DNA of 64,000 bases from an uncultured bacterium (GCA_964459325.1 CAYWKU010000010.1:51831-115830), one strand, 5' to 3'; positions 40,506-50,530 are shown, numbered from the stretch's first letter. Notes: generated by a model from the letters alone, not told the origin. Made by a program: numbers and translations.

Positions 40506-41255
40506 TTATCTGTTCCTCGTCATTATCCGAATTGCCGGCCATATTCGCTTTCTTGCTTCATGTATATCTTCTGGTGTGTCAATTTCAATCCAAGGAAGTC
40601 CATTCGTACTTACCGCTTTTATTGTAATTCTGTTACATATTTTATTGAATGCTTCCTCATACCATCCATCCAAATCGTCATTTTGAACAAATTCCTGTAT
40701 CACCGTGAACAATTCTCTCGCACCTACTTCTCCAAATTTTGCCACGCCGATAAATTCTCCACTTGCTTTGGATGGCTCCATAGTCTTGTTTATCTCTTTA
40801 AGCCTTCCTTTTTGCAATAGAACTTTCATTTCTTCCTCACCTAATCTTTTGTAATCATCTACGCATATCGCTTCCGAAGCCTCATCTTCTATTATATTTC
40901 TTAGAATTTCCGGATGCAGTAAATCATCCGAATTAATTAAAAGGAATCCTCCTTTCGCGACTTCTTTTGCAAGGTACAAGGAATATATGTTATTAGTTGT
41001 ATCCCATCGATTGTTAAATATATATTTTATTGATGCCTTATTCTTATAATTATCTCCAAATGCATTGTATATAGTATGACCAGCGTATCCTGTAATTATG
41101 TATATATCTTTTATATTGTTACTTACAAAACAATTGAGTTGCTTTTCCATAAGAGATGAGCCTCCAACTTCCAAAAGACCTTTCGGCATATTTATTGCGA
41201 CCTCTTTTAACCTAAATCCTCTCCCCGCTGCCAATATAACACCGACACAGCTCAT
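40506..41255 (-). CDS. Sugar/alcohol-phosphate nucleotidyl(cytidylyl)transferase
   Basis: GVILAAGRGFRL and the K..L motif of the NTP-transferase fold. Translationally coupled to the CDP-alcohol transferase. Confidence 0.7.
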   Translation of the reverse strand: MSCVGVILAAGRGFRLKEVAINMPKGLLEVGGSSLMEKQLNCFVSNNIKDIYIITGYAGHTIYNAFGDNYKNKASIKYIFNNRWDTTNNIYSLYLAKEVAKGGFLLINSDDLLHPEILRNIIEDEASEAICVDDYKRLGEEEMKVLLQKGRLKEINKTMEPSKASGEFIGVAKFGEVGARELFTVIQEFVQNDDLDGWYEEAFNKICNRITIKAVSTNGLPWIEIDTPEDIHEARKRIWPAIRIMTRNR

Positions 41256-41301
41256 TAACCGCCCCTAACCGGTCTTTCGAAACGTCACTTTTTTAAATAG
41301 A

Positions 41302-42414
41302 TTAATCTGCTATTCCTCGATTTCTTAGTTCTGAGTAAGCTTTTTCAAACAAGTCCTCGCTGGTCACTTGCTCGATCCATGCCGTCAACTCAGATATGCC
41401 GTTATTTATGTCGATCTCAGGCTCAATAGAGAGTCTTTCTTTCATCTTGGAAATATCGGCCATGCAATGGCGTATATCACCCTTCCTGTATTTATTTGTA
41501 ATTTCCGGTATTACATCTCCTTTCATAGTCGAAGCCAAAAAATCTACCATATTATTTATAGTAACGGCTTTTGAAGTGCCGACGTTCATAACTTCAGCGA
41601 CTCTCGTTTTCTCTTCGAGTACCTTCTTACATATTCTTGCAACATCCTTTACATGAATAAAATCCCGAGATTGCTTTCCATCCTCAAAAATTATCGGCGG
41701 CCTGCCATGTTTAATGCGAGAGGCGAAAATGGCGACAACTCCGGTATAAGGATTTGAAAGGGACTGGCGGGCACCGTAAACATTAAAAAATCGCAATACA
41801 GTAACTGGCCAGTGATGGGTCTCCCCCGCCGTCAACGTAATTTGTTCCTGCGACAGCTTGGTGACCGCGTATACACTCGTGGGAGCAGGTGTAGAGACCT
41901 CTCCGGTCGGCACGGAAAACACAAACTTACCACAATACGGGCAACGCGGCTCCCACAAACAATTATTAATGTCCTCCATGGCGCGTGCTCCAGGTCTGAC
42001 CACTCCATGCTCATCGCAAAAACCGTCCCCTTCCCCGTAAACCGACATGCTTCCAGCCACTATCAACCTTGCAATATCGGGCTTTTTCTCGATCAAAGCC
42101 TGTATAAGGTTCGCCGTACCCGCTGAGTTTACATCAACATATCTAACGGGCTCATACTGGCTTTGCCCCACTCCTACAACCGCTGCGAAATGATAAATCG
42201 CTTCCATTCCATCCACACAACGTTTTACTGTCAGCAAATCCCTCACATCTCCACGGATAAACTCTGCTTCCTTGTTTAGATATTCCGGCGCTTTACCCCC
42301 ATGAACCTGAGGGTCAAGGTTGTCCAGAATCCGCACAAAATGGCCCCCTTCCACCAGCAGATCAACAAGGTGACTTCCTATAAAACCGGCCCCACCTGTG
42401 ATTAATACCTTCAA
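41302..42414 (-). CDS. NAD-dependent epimerase/dehydratase (extended SDR) with a Cys/His-rich insertion
   Basis: ITGGAGFIGSHL and YAVTKLSQE (YxxxK). The insertion is FCDEHG...NNCLWEPRCPYCG. Confidence 0.8.
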   Translation of the reverse strand: MKVLITGGAGFIGSHLVDLLVEGGHFVRILDNLDPQVHGGKAPEYLNKEAEFIRGDVRDLLTVKRCVDGMEAIYHFAAVVGVGQSQYEPVRYVDVNSAGTANLIQALIEKKPDIARLIVAGSMSVYGEGDGFCDEHGVVRPGARAMEDINNCLWEPRCPYCGKFVFSVPTGEVSTPAPTSVYAVTKLSQEQITLTAGETHHWPVTVLRFFNVYGARQSLSNPYTGVVAIFASRIKHGRPPIIFEDGKQSRDFIHVKDVARICKKVLEEKTRVAEVMNVGTSKAVTINNMVDFLASTMKGDVIPEITNKYRKGDIRHCMADISKMKERLSIEPEIDINNGISELTAWIEQVTSEDLFEKAYSELRNRGIAD

Positions 42415-42420
42415 ACAGTA

Positions 42421-43722
42421 CTATCCCTTTTTCGAGTGAAATAAAGCGTTGCGTATTACAATCGTTCCTTCCAGAATAGCAGAACTCGCCTCATAGGTAG
42501 TTCGTAATTTTATCACCCTTCTTATCAAATATCCGGGTCTCAAATAGAATTTTCTCAAAGCCTTTCTCCTAAATGCCGCTATCTGCCCGCGGGTGAGATG
42601 TCGAGTTGGCATGGCTATTTCCTCCCCCGCTTGGTCCATCTCGAAAGTACAATCCTCCGTAAGTCCAAGCGATATAGATTTTTTTCGTAACCCCGTGCCT
42701 CTTCGCGGGACCGCAAAATTGAAGGAGGCATAATCGGGATCCAGCGCTAACGCCAGGTCAATTGTCTCGTTGATTGAATATTCATCGTCCTCCGGAAAAC
42801 CCAGAAGAAAAGTAGCAACCGTTCTCATATTTATTTTCCGGCACAGCTTCATCGCATCCCTTGCGGAATCCAACGATGTGCGCTTGCTATAGGCTTCAAG
42901 TATGTCCTCACTGGCGCTCTCAACCCCGAACATCACCGTGTGGCACCCGGCCTTTCGCATCGCCCTAGCCATCTCTTCGTCAAGAACATCAGTCCTGGTA
43001 AAACATACCCAGCCGAAGCCAAAACCCTCGCGCTCCATCGAATCAAGCAACTCGAGGCATCTTTGCCGCGAAGCTCCGAATGTCTGATCGTTTATATACA
43101 ATTCCTTGAATCCGAGCTTCCGGAGCCAAATCAATTCCTCCATGACCTCCTCAACCGGGCGCATGCCATAACCTATTACATTCATTATGCAGTATGAACA
43201 AGGGTATGGGCAACCGTAGTCCGTAAGAATAGTGGCGAATGGCCGCCTTTTCACAAAAGGATAACGATATCGGGCATTGGGAAATAATTCGTAAGCGGGA
43301 ATTCCAACGCCAAAAGTTCTCTTGCTTTCGGTTTCCGGCCCCTTTAGTAATTCTCCGTCTTTGCGGATTATCATCCCGGCTTTGCTCTCATGCGGCTCCT
43401 TAATCCACTCCTTGAGACCGGGCGAAGTAAAATCCAGCAGCGCTGAATCCACTCCCGGCAACTCCTCCATAGTCTTCTCCGGCCGCTCCATAAACACGTC
43501 GCCGGTGACGCAAATCAGACCGGAATATCTGCGACGCAGTTCGGACAGAAAAGAGACGTCCTCGGGCCAGGAAGCCGCTCCAATCAAGCAAAGAACTGCT
43601 GCCGGATGAAATTCATCAATTTCATTGAAAACATGCCGTTGGGATTTTTTCTCGGCAATGGCGTCGATTACCTTTAGCCGATAATCATGTCTGAGCAGAG
43701 CGCTTTGAAAAGTCAAATCCAC
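42421..43722 (-). CDS. B12-binding-domain radical SAM protein
   Basis: CPYPCSYC (CxxxCxxC), preceded by a B12-like domain. Confidence 0.8.
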   Translation of the reverse strand: MDLTFQSALLRHDYRLKVIDAIAEKKSQRHVFNEIDEFHPAAVLCLIGAASWPEDVSFLSELRRRYSGLICVTGDVFMERPEKTMEELPGVDSALLDFTSPGLKEWIKEPHESKAGMIIRKDGELLKGPETESKRTFGVGIPAYELFPNARYRYPFVKRRPFATILTDYGCPYPCSYCIMNVIGYGMRPVEEVMEELIWLRKLGFKELYINDQTFGASRQRCLELLDSMEREGFGFGWVCFTRTDVLDEEMARAMRKAGCHTVMFGVESASEDILEAYSKRTSLDSARDAMKLCRKINMRTVATFLLGFPEDDEYSINETIDLALALDPDYASFNFAVPRRGTGLRKKSISLGLTEDCTFEMDQAGEEIAMPTRHLTRGQIAAFRRKALRKFYLRPGYLIRRVIKLRTTYEASSAILEGTIVIRNALFHSKKG

Positions 43723-43893
43723 CGAGTGATAAAGGTAGTTGGCCTTACTTACCTTGCTGCAATAATAATCCCTGAGATAGGGCCTTTTACCCGGCGGATT
43801 CAGAAGGAGTACTTTATTTGGAATCTCCTGTCACCTCCCGCTCTGTTCCTGATTTATCGCAGATTATTCGCATTAATTATTATGTTATATCAC

Positions 43894-45720
43894 TTACCTT
43901 GATTTTTCCAGTTTCTCTATATATTCGAGGCCCCTTAAAGCCCCTTTATGAGCGGGAAAATCATCCAGAATTGCCCTGAACTCTGCCTTCGCTCCTTCCA
44001 GGTTCCCTTCTTCAATAAAAATCTTCGCCTTGCAATAATGCGCCATTCCGCTTGCCGCTTGTAATGAAGAATACAACTCGTTCGCCTTTCGGAACGCCCT
44101 TAAGGCTCCTTCGTATTCCTTTCTTTCCAACAGAAACTTCCCAAGCTGCATCCATGCAAAAGGGTCGCGAGGAAACAGCCGGGTTTGTTTTTCATAAGCT
44201 TTTAATGCCCTTCCGTAATCATCCTTTGCCGTAAATATCCTTCCCTCCAACTCCGCCAACTCGGGGTCCATACCTCGAAAGATTTTCGCCGCCTCAATGT
44301 AACCGGCTGCCTCTTCTGCCTTGTTTATACTCTTATTGAAATCGGCCATATCCATAAAATATGCCCCCGCCGCACCCCACAGTTTTATCAACATAACCAA
44401 CGCAATCAAGCTCGCAACGGCAAAAGATTTACGCGCTCCTCTATTAGTGGATACAGCTTCCTTCGTCGAATCCATCGACAGTCCGAGCAGAACACCGAAA
44501 ACTCCGGCCACTTCGATTATTTCTGTGTCGTAATCTATCATTGAGTGAGCGAGAAAAGCCACCCCGCCGGCGACTATCCCCGCCTTCAGCACATCTTTCC
44601 TCGGTGACTTCAATCCATACCATAAAAAACCGGCGGCCAGCCATAAGAAACCGATTGTACCGGGTATGCCGATTTCCGACAGATATTGCACCACGGCATT
44701 GTGAGCGTAGCGGGTAGGCCCCGCCTGCTCCGGTTTCACTGAAAGATATGCAACGCCGAAATGACCGGGGCCCACCCCGGTCAAAGGATTTCGACCAGCT
44801 ACCTCAAACCCGCCCCGCCAGTAATTTATGCGCTGGACGAACGGGTTATGCGGGTGACTTAAGTCGGTAAGCGTTTTTGCTCTCCGCAGTACAATACCCC
44901 CGGCGGCGATTAAAACTATAACTACAACAACTACCGCCCCTGCCATCCATCTCCTGCTCCTCCCGACCATAAATGCCATCAGAACGAGCAGTCCGAAACC
45001 GCAGGCCAGCCAACCTCCCAGCGAGCCGGTGAAGTAAAGTGCCATCAATTCGGAAACAATTACTACCACCGCAAATATTCGGTCCTTGTTTCTTTTTAAA
45101 CTTGTAGCATTCACAAAATAGCCGACGCTCAAGGGAATCAACACCGCCATGAGCCCGGCGAACATATCGGGAGAAAAGGTTGTGGAGAAAACTCTCCTAC
45201 GCCCTAGCACTTCAGTTGCGTGCCGGGCGCTTTCAATCGGTCCGGCCCCGTAAGCCGAAACGTAATCGATGGTTCGCTCGAAACCTATAAAATACTGCCA
45301 AATCCCGTAGAGTGAAGCCACCAACCCGGAGCATAGCAGCGCTTTTATTACAAGTTCCTTTTCCTCATCCGAGCGGACAAGTGAAGCTGAAGCAACCGCC
45401 ATAGCCACTACGGCTATGTATACATCCACCCGACCCAGCGCTACAAAAAAATTCCCCCCCTTGCTCTCCGTAGCCACCGAGGCCACCAGCGACCATCCAA
45501 GCCACAAACAAACCGCAAAAAACACGGGTATCCTCAATGGCTTGTTATCTTTGGCCAAAGCCGCCGCAAGAACTATAAGCAAAACCCCGAATCGTAAAAA
45601 CGTATCCAGCGCCGCCCTGGTTCCGAAAAAGTCCAATCCAGACCCGGAAACCAGAGGTCTTAGAAAAATCAGGAGAAGGAAAAATAAAAACAAGCTTGAA
45701 GGTCGATGATTCCCGCTCAT
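43894..45720 (-). CDS. O-antigen ligase/polymerase-like (Wzy_C) membrane protein with C-terminal TPR repeats
   Basis: About 11 TM helices with a large periplasmic loop. C-terminal TPR-like repeats (KAYEKQTRLFPRDPFAWMQLGKFLLERKEYEGALRAF). Confidence 0.65.
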   Translation of the reverse strand: MSGNHRPSSLFLFFLLLIFLRPLVSGSGLDFFGTRAALDTFLRFGVLLIVLAAALAKDNKPLRIPVFFAVCLWLGWSLVASVATESKGGNFFVALGRVDVYIAVVAMAVASASLVRSDEEKELVIKALLCSGLVASLYGIWQYFIGFERTIDYVSAYGAGPIESARHATEVLGRRRVFSTTFSPDMFAGLMAVLIPLSVGYFVNATSLKRNKDRIFAVVVIVSELMALYFTGSLGGWLACGFGLLVLMAFMVGRSRRWMAGAVVVVVIVLIAAGGIVLRRAKTLTDLSHPHNPFVQRINYWRGGFEVAGRNPLTGVGPGHFGVAYLSVKPEQAGPTRYAHNAVVQYLSEIGIPGTIGFLWLAAGFLWYGLKSPRKDVLKAGIVAGGVAFLAHSMIDYDTEIIEVAGVFGVLLGLSMDSTKEAVSTNRGARKSFAVASLIALVMLIKLWGAAGAYFMDMADFNKSINKAEEAAGYIEAAKIFRGMDPELAELEGRIFTAKDDYGRALKAYEKQTRLFPRDPFAWMQLGKFLLERKEYEGALRAFRKANELYSSLQAASGMAHYCKAKIFIEEGNLEGAKAEFRAILDDFPAHKGALRGLEYIEKLEKSR

Positions 45721-46484
45721 TTAAAATCCCGTCGCCAGAATATAAGGGCGCACAGGCCGAGGAAAAAAGCGGAATAAAGTATACCCAACATCGCCGTGTA
45801 AATAAGCACGTTCGGGTCCAAAGGCTCACCGGAAGTTACCCAGCTTTTGAGGTTAAATCTTTCGAGGTCGGGAATAATACGAGTAAGCACCGCGAAGGTT
45901 TGAATGACCGTAACATCCTTTGCCTGGGCCGCGAAATCCCTCATGTCACCCACAAGATGACCCATTAACCATATCGCAAGGGTAAACAAAGCGCTCAGGG
46001 TGGGAGTCGTAAACGATGAGAATACCATCGCTATCGAAGTGATTACCATAAACTCCAGAAACAGGAACAATATTGCCCAAAGAATATGCCACGGCGTATC
46101 GCCCAGCGCATAATAAATCGAGCCCATTAACAGGATGGTCATCAATATGAGGTTTACCGCCAGGGTGATTTGAAGCCCCGAAAACTTCCCGAGCAGGAAC
46201 TGGTACCTGCGGATGGGCTTAGAAACTATAGTGTATATCGTACGCCGGTCTATTTCCTTGTAAACAAGACCTATCCCCACAAACACCGTTATAAGCGTGC
46301 CGAATATACTCACAAAAGCCAGCCCCAGATTTATCATCACCTGCATCGTATTTCCTACCGTCAGTTCTTGAAAAAAAATAGTGGAGCCAATAAGCAATAG
46401 GGTAAATACGAGCAGATTGTATAGTATTTTATCTCTTATGGTTTCCCTGAACGTGTTCCAGGCTATTGCCGATATTCTCTTCAT
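45717..46484 (-). CDS. ABC-2 family transporter permease
   Basis: Six TM helices, about 255 aa. Overlaps the ATPase gene stop. Confidence 0.7.
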   Translation of the reverse strand: MKRISAIAWNTFRETIRDKILYNLLVFTLLLIGSTIFFQELTVGNTMQVMINLGLAFVSIFGTLITVFVGIGLVYKEIDRRTIYTIVSKPIRRYQFLLGKFSGLQITLAVNLILMTILLMGSIYYALGDTPWHILWAILFLFLEFMVITSIAMVFSSFTTPTLSALFTLAIWLMGHLVGDMRDFAAQAKDVTVIQTFAVLTRIIPDLERFNLKSWVTSGEPLDPNVLIYTAMLGILYSAFFLGLCALIFWRRDFK

Positions 46485-47443
46485 GACCCGCCCCCGGCAT
46501 CTTCATTTCTTCCGTCGATGGCCTGCATGAAGTAACTCTCCAGGGAACCGCGTTTTGGAAACACTTCTATCACTTTGGCCCTCTGGTCCAATATCTTCCG
46601 CAGGACCTCCTCCAGTTCGTCCGGGTTCTCAAGCACAATATTGGTGGCCTCCTTCTTTTGAACGGTGCTGATGGTGGGCGACTCCAGTTTCTCGGGACTG
46701 GCCAACCCCTTAACCGTTATCTCCATACCCTCTACGGGTGTTCCCATTATTTCGCTCAGTTCGCCCACAGCTCTCAGCCTGCCGGAATGAATTATCCCTA
46801 CCCGGTCGCATAGCATTTCCACGTCCGGCAATATGTGGGTACTGAAAAATATTGTCTTGCCCGCATTTTTCAAACCGAGTATCAGGTCGCGGATTTCCTT
46901 ACGACCAACCGGGTCGAGCCCGCTCATGGGCTCATCCAATATCAACAACTCGGGTTCGTTCAAAAGTGCCTGTGCCAACCCCAGCCTTTGCAACATCCCC
47001 TTGGAGTATTTTCTCAATTGCATATCAGCCGATTCTTTCAATCCTACAATCTCCAGAAGCTGCGCGGATTTTTGCAAACGCTGTTTTTTCGACAGCTTCA
47101 CCAGCTGACCGTAAAAACTGAGAAACTCCCTCGCCGTAAGATAATCATAGAAATAAGGATTCTCGGGCAAAAAACCCATCCTGTTTTTTATTTTGATTTC
47201 ATGATGAGGCCTGCCGAATATTTTTATTTGGCCCCCGCTGGGGTAAATTAGGCCCATCATCATTTTTATGGTAGTGGTTTTCCCAGCTCCGTTAGGGCCA
47301 AGAAACCCGAAAATTTCATTATCGTAGATTTGCATTTCCAACCCTCTGACGGCCCTTACTTTCCGTCCCCAAAAACCGGTTCTGAAGGTTTTCGATAAAC
47401 CTTCTATCTCCATAACCGATTGTGTGTTTTTATCGCCGCTCAA
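46481..47443 (-). CDS. ABC transporter ATP-binding protein
   Basis: GPNGAGKTT (Walker A), LSGGMLQRLGLAQAL-like signature, and ILDEP (Walker B). Confidence 0.9.
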   Translation of the reverse strand: MSGDKNTQSVMEIEGLSKTFRTGFWGRKVRAVRGLEMQIYDNEIFGFLGPNGAGKTTTIKMMMGLIYPSGGQIKIFGRPHHEIKIKNRMGFLPENPYFYDYLTAREFLSFYGQLVKLSKKQRLQKSAQLLEIVGLKESADMQLRKYSKGMLQRLGLAQALLNEPELLILDEPMSGLDPVGRKEIRDLILGLKNAGKTIFFSTHILPDVEMLCDRVGIIHSGRLRAVGELSEIMGTPVEGMEITVKGLASPEKLESPTISTVQKKEATNIVLENPDELEEVLRKILDQRAKVIEVFPKRGSLESYFMQAIDGRNEDAGGGS

Positions 47444-47462
47444 TTCAACCTTCCTCCTGCCT

Positions 47463-48356
47463 TCAGGGCATATAGACCTTCAACCTTCCGATAGTGGTGC
47501 TTTCGGCCTTGCAGTCTTCTTTGTCCAACCTGTAGGTCCCACCGATACCGTCGGAGGGAACATGTCTTATGAGTCCCTCTTTCACCAAAACTTCCAAACT
47601 TTCCGGACAATGCCCCACTTTTTGCACATATATGTCAATGTATTTATCCAACTCTTGTGCTATCTCCTCTGCTTTTACTCTTTTAATCTGGCGTTTCAAT
47701 TCTTTTTTAACATCTTCGTCGGCAGTGGAGCTAAGCTGTATTCTCAATCCCATCAAGGCCGCCTCCGGGCCTTTCCCATGCGCGCTCAAGCTCGTGGCCA
47801 GCTGGGCGTATAGCGGAAATTTCCGGAGCCGATAAGCCCGGTCATAAAGATTGGCCGCCTTTGCATATTCATGTTGGTAATAAAAAAGATGGAAACCGTA
47901 ATCCTGTGCCAGGCGCCAACTATCGGGGGCAGCGTAAAACCCCATCCTTAATATTTTCTCCCCCTCCCGCTTCCTTATCTCCAGAGGCCTTACGTCGTAA
48001 TACATCAGATTAAGCCACGAAAACTCATAAACATAATAATAGTGAAGACCCAGGCTATTGATAATTCGGACCATAGGATATACCTGCTTCATGGGCAGAG
48101 AGTTGGTGTCGGAGTAAGCGCAGTACTGAATAAGCTTAAGCCAATAATAGGTGGCAAGGGCCTGCTCGTAACCCAGGCTCATAACCTTCAAAGCCTTGCC
48201 CTGGAATATAACCTTGTCTCCCTGAGCACCAGCGACCTTTCGGGGCGCCACCTCTTCCAATCTATGGTCAAGCGCCAATCCGCCGGCCCAGGTCAAGCTC
48301 AACAACGCCAGGGCGATGGGATATATCAACAAATGTTTAGCTCCGTTCTTCAACAT
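47463..48356 (-). CDS. Secreted protein of unknown function
   Basis: Signal peptide, Tyr/Trp-rich. No motif recognised. Confidence 0.45.
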   Translation of the reverse strand: MLKNGAKHLLIYPIALALLSLTWAGGLALDHRLEEVAPRKVAGAQGDKVIFQGKALKVMSLGYEQALATYYWLKLIQYCAYSDTNSLPMKQVYPMVRIINSLGLHYYYVYEFSWLNLMYYDVRPLEIRKREGEKILRMGFYAAPDSWRLAQDYGFHLFYYQHEYAKAANLYDRAYRLRKFPLYAQLATSLSAHGKGPEAALMGLRIQLSSTADEDVKKELKRQIKRVKAEEIAQELDKYIDIYVQKVGHCPESLEVLVKEGLIRHVPSDGIGGTYRLDKEDCKAESTTIGRLKVYMP

Positions 48357-48428
48357 AAATCCCGTTGGTTCTTATAAGGTTATTAAGCCTCATCTTCCTT
48401 TTCAACGCCAATGCTTCTGAACACCGGT

Positions 48429-50396
48429 CTATTTATTTTCAAGGCGAATACCGCCGGATTCAACCAAAGACGGTATTTCCCGGGCGTCCTTCTCCACCTG
48501 CTCCATGTCCAGGTCAGCCAGTTCCTGTTCGTATTCGGACGAAAAAGTCTTCGGGACATTTCCCGCTTTTTCTTTAAGAAGCTTGTATTGTCCCACTGCC
48601 TTATCATCATTACCCATTTTCGCCAGAGCCTGCACCAGCTTCCATCGGGCCTCCAAATAATTCGGTTCGATTTCCAATGCCTTGCGGTAACCCGTGGCCG
48701 CCTTTCCAATTTCACCCAACTCCAATCGCAGATTCCCCTCCCTCACATAATAAAAAGGATTATACGGCTCAACTTCCTGACACTTCTCATATTTTTCAAT
48801 CGCGGCCCTCAAAAAGCTTTCCTTTCTTTTCTGGTCAGCGGCCGGCATATTTACAAACAGTGCGGCGTAAGCGGCGGGATATTTGTCCTCCAGAGGGTTG
48901 AGCTCCATCGCGTAATCCATATACTCCAGCGAAAGACCGAGATGTGCTTCCTCCCCGTTACGCCTCCACAAAGCTTTCTGTCGCGTGGCCCGATTGTACC
49001 AGTAGCTTGCGTTGTCGGGAGCCAGTTTCGTGGCCGCTTCCAACCATTTCCCGGCTTTCATTACCCCCACCCTGTTAGCCTTGGAATTGGAATAATAAGC
49101 GGCCGCCGGGCTTACTATGTTCCAGAAAGCCAAAATACCCACCAGCGGAACGGCCCATTTGGTCGCATTTGCCACCCTCACTCTCCCATAATGAAATTCA
49201 CCCGACACCGAAGACCATATCGCACCGGCCGACATCACTCCCAGAAACGTCACCGGAGGATTCTTGTGTATGGAATCCACAACCGCGTGAACCAGCACAG
49301 CCGCCAATATCCCCGAGTAAGCGGCGTATTCCTCGCCTCCCTCGCGCCGGGAGCGCCTTACGCCCAAAATCAGCAAATACGCCCCCATCCCCAACACCAG
49401 TATTCCAGCCAACGGCGACATCTCGCAAGACAAATCCAGATAGGAGCTGTGCGCCTTTCTGGCCACCTTCCCGTATCTGGCAAAAGCTTCCTCGACGGGA
49501 AATGCGTAACGGGGCGCATGATATTGATACATCCCGGGGCCTACCCCGAATGGCTGCTCGTACAGCATTTGAATGGAGCTGCCCCATATACCCAGTCGCG
49601 ACCAGGCATACACGTCCGTCTCGTCAAGCCCGCTCAACCTGCTTTTTAACGGATTAGGCGCCAAGAGTACAAGGAAAACAAACCCGAGTATAAAAATCAA
49701 TATCCGGCTGCCGAACCTGGACCATCCCACCGCGGTTATCCCCACCAGCATGGCCAAAAAGGCCCCGCGGGACTCGCTCACCAGCACCCCCGTAATGGTC
49801 ACAACCCAGACTATACAAAGTGCGGGGATATGCGGCCTGCTGAAAAGTTCTTCCTTTCTGCTGAAAAGAATCTTTGCCAGAGCTACGGCTCCCGCTGCGG
49901 CTACATACCCTCCGAAATAACTCGGATTGAAAAACGTGCCGTTCGCCCGGGACGCCCCGAATAAATACTGGCCGATACTCCATACCGCTTCCACGAAAGC
50001 GATGGCCGCGACGGCCCACAATACAGCGCTTATATTGCCCCTTCGAGCCACGTATGCGGCCAGGAAAAATACCCCCGCGTAGGCGGTGTAACTCATAACC
50101 CATTGCGTAGAGATATATGTGTATTCGGCACGGAAAGCTCCCACAACCAGCAATATCAGCAGAGCAAACCAAAAAAGCAGAAAACCGGACATAGGATAAT
50201 CCAGAACGCCCCTGCCGAAATTCCTCCACATGGCGGCCAGAAGCGCTGCCAGTACAAGTAAGCGGCTTACCGTCCAACCGAGGTGGGTCGCTCCTCCATG
50301 ATGGCAAGGCGCCCATAGTAGAATCACAACCAGCACCGCCGTATAAAAAACGGGCGCCGCCCTCCGATTTTCATATTCCCCCGAGCCGGTTTCCAT
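48429..50396 (-). CDS. Second O-antigen ligase-like (Wzy_C) membrane protein with C-terminal TPR repeats
   Basis: Same architecture as the ORF at 43894-45720. Confidence 0.65.
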   Translation of the reverse strand: METGSGEYENRRAAPVFYTAVLVVILLWAPCHHGGATHLGWTVSRLLVLAALLAAMWRNFGRGVLDYPMSGFLLFWFALLILLVVGAFRAEYTYISTQWVMSYTAYAGVFFLAAYVARRGNISAVLWAVAAIAFVEAVWSIGQYLFGASRANGTFFNPSYFGGYVAAAGAVALAKILFSRKEELFSRPHIPALCIVWVVTITGVLVSESRGAFLAMLVGITAVGWSRFGSRILIFILGFVFLVLLAPNPLKSRLSGLDETDVYAWSRLGIWGSSIQMLYEQPFGVGPGMYQYHAPRYAFPVEEAFARYGKVARKAHSSYLDLSCEMSPLAGILVLGMGAYLLILGVRRSRREGGEEYAAYSGILAAVLVHAVVDSIHKNPPVTFLGVMSAGAIWSSVSGEFHYGRVRVANATKWAVPLVGILAFWNIVSPAAAYYSNSKANRVGVMKAGKWLEAATKLAPDNASYWYNRATRQKALWRRNGEEAHLGLSLEYMDYAMELNPLEDKYPAAYAALFVNMPAADQKRKESFLRAAIEKYEKCQEVEPYNPFYYVREGNLRLELGEIGKAATGYRKALEIEPNYLEARWKLVQALAKMGNDDKAVGQYKLLKEKAGNVPKTFSSEYEQELADLDMEQVEKDAREIPSLVESGGIRLENK

Positions 50397-50445
50397 CGTG
50401 TCTTAGTTTCCCGCCGAAAGAGCGCCTTGTCAATCAAATACCATA

Positions 50446-50477
50446 AAAAATACCTTCCGAATGGAAGGCATTTTTTA
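50446..50477. terminator. Bidirectional terminator downstream of the bS22-like ORF
   Basis: AAAAAATACCTTCCGAATGGAAGGCATTTTTTAT. Confidence 0.5.
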
Positions 50478-50530
50478 TCGCGTTTGTTTATAGTCAATCA
50501 CTCCGGGCGATTACTTAACGCCGGAGAAGT

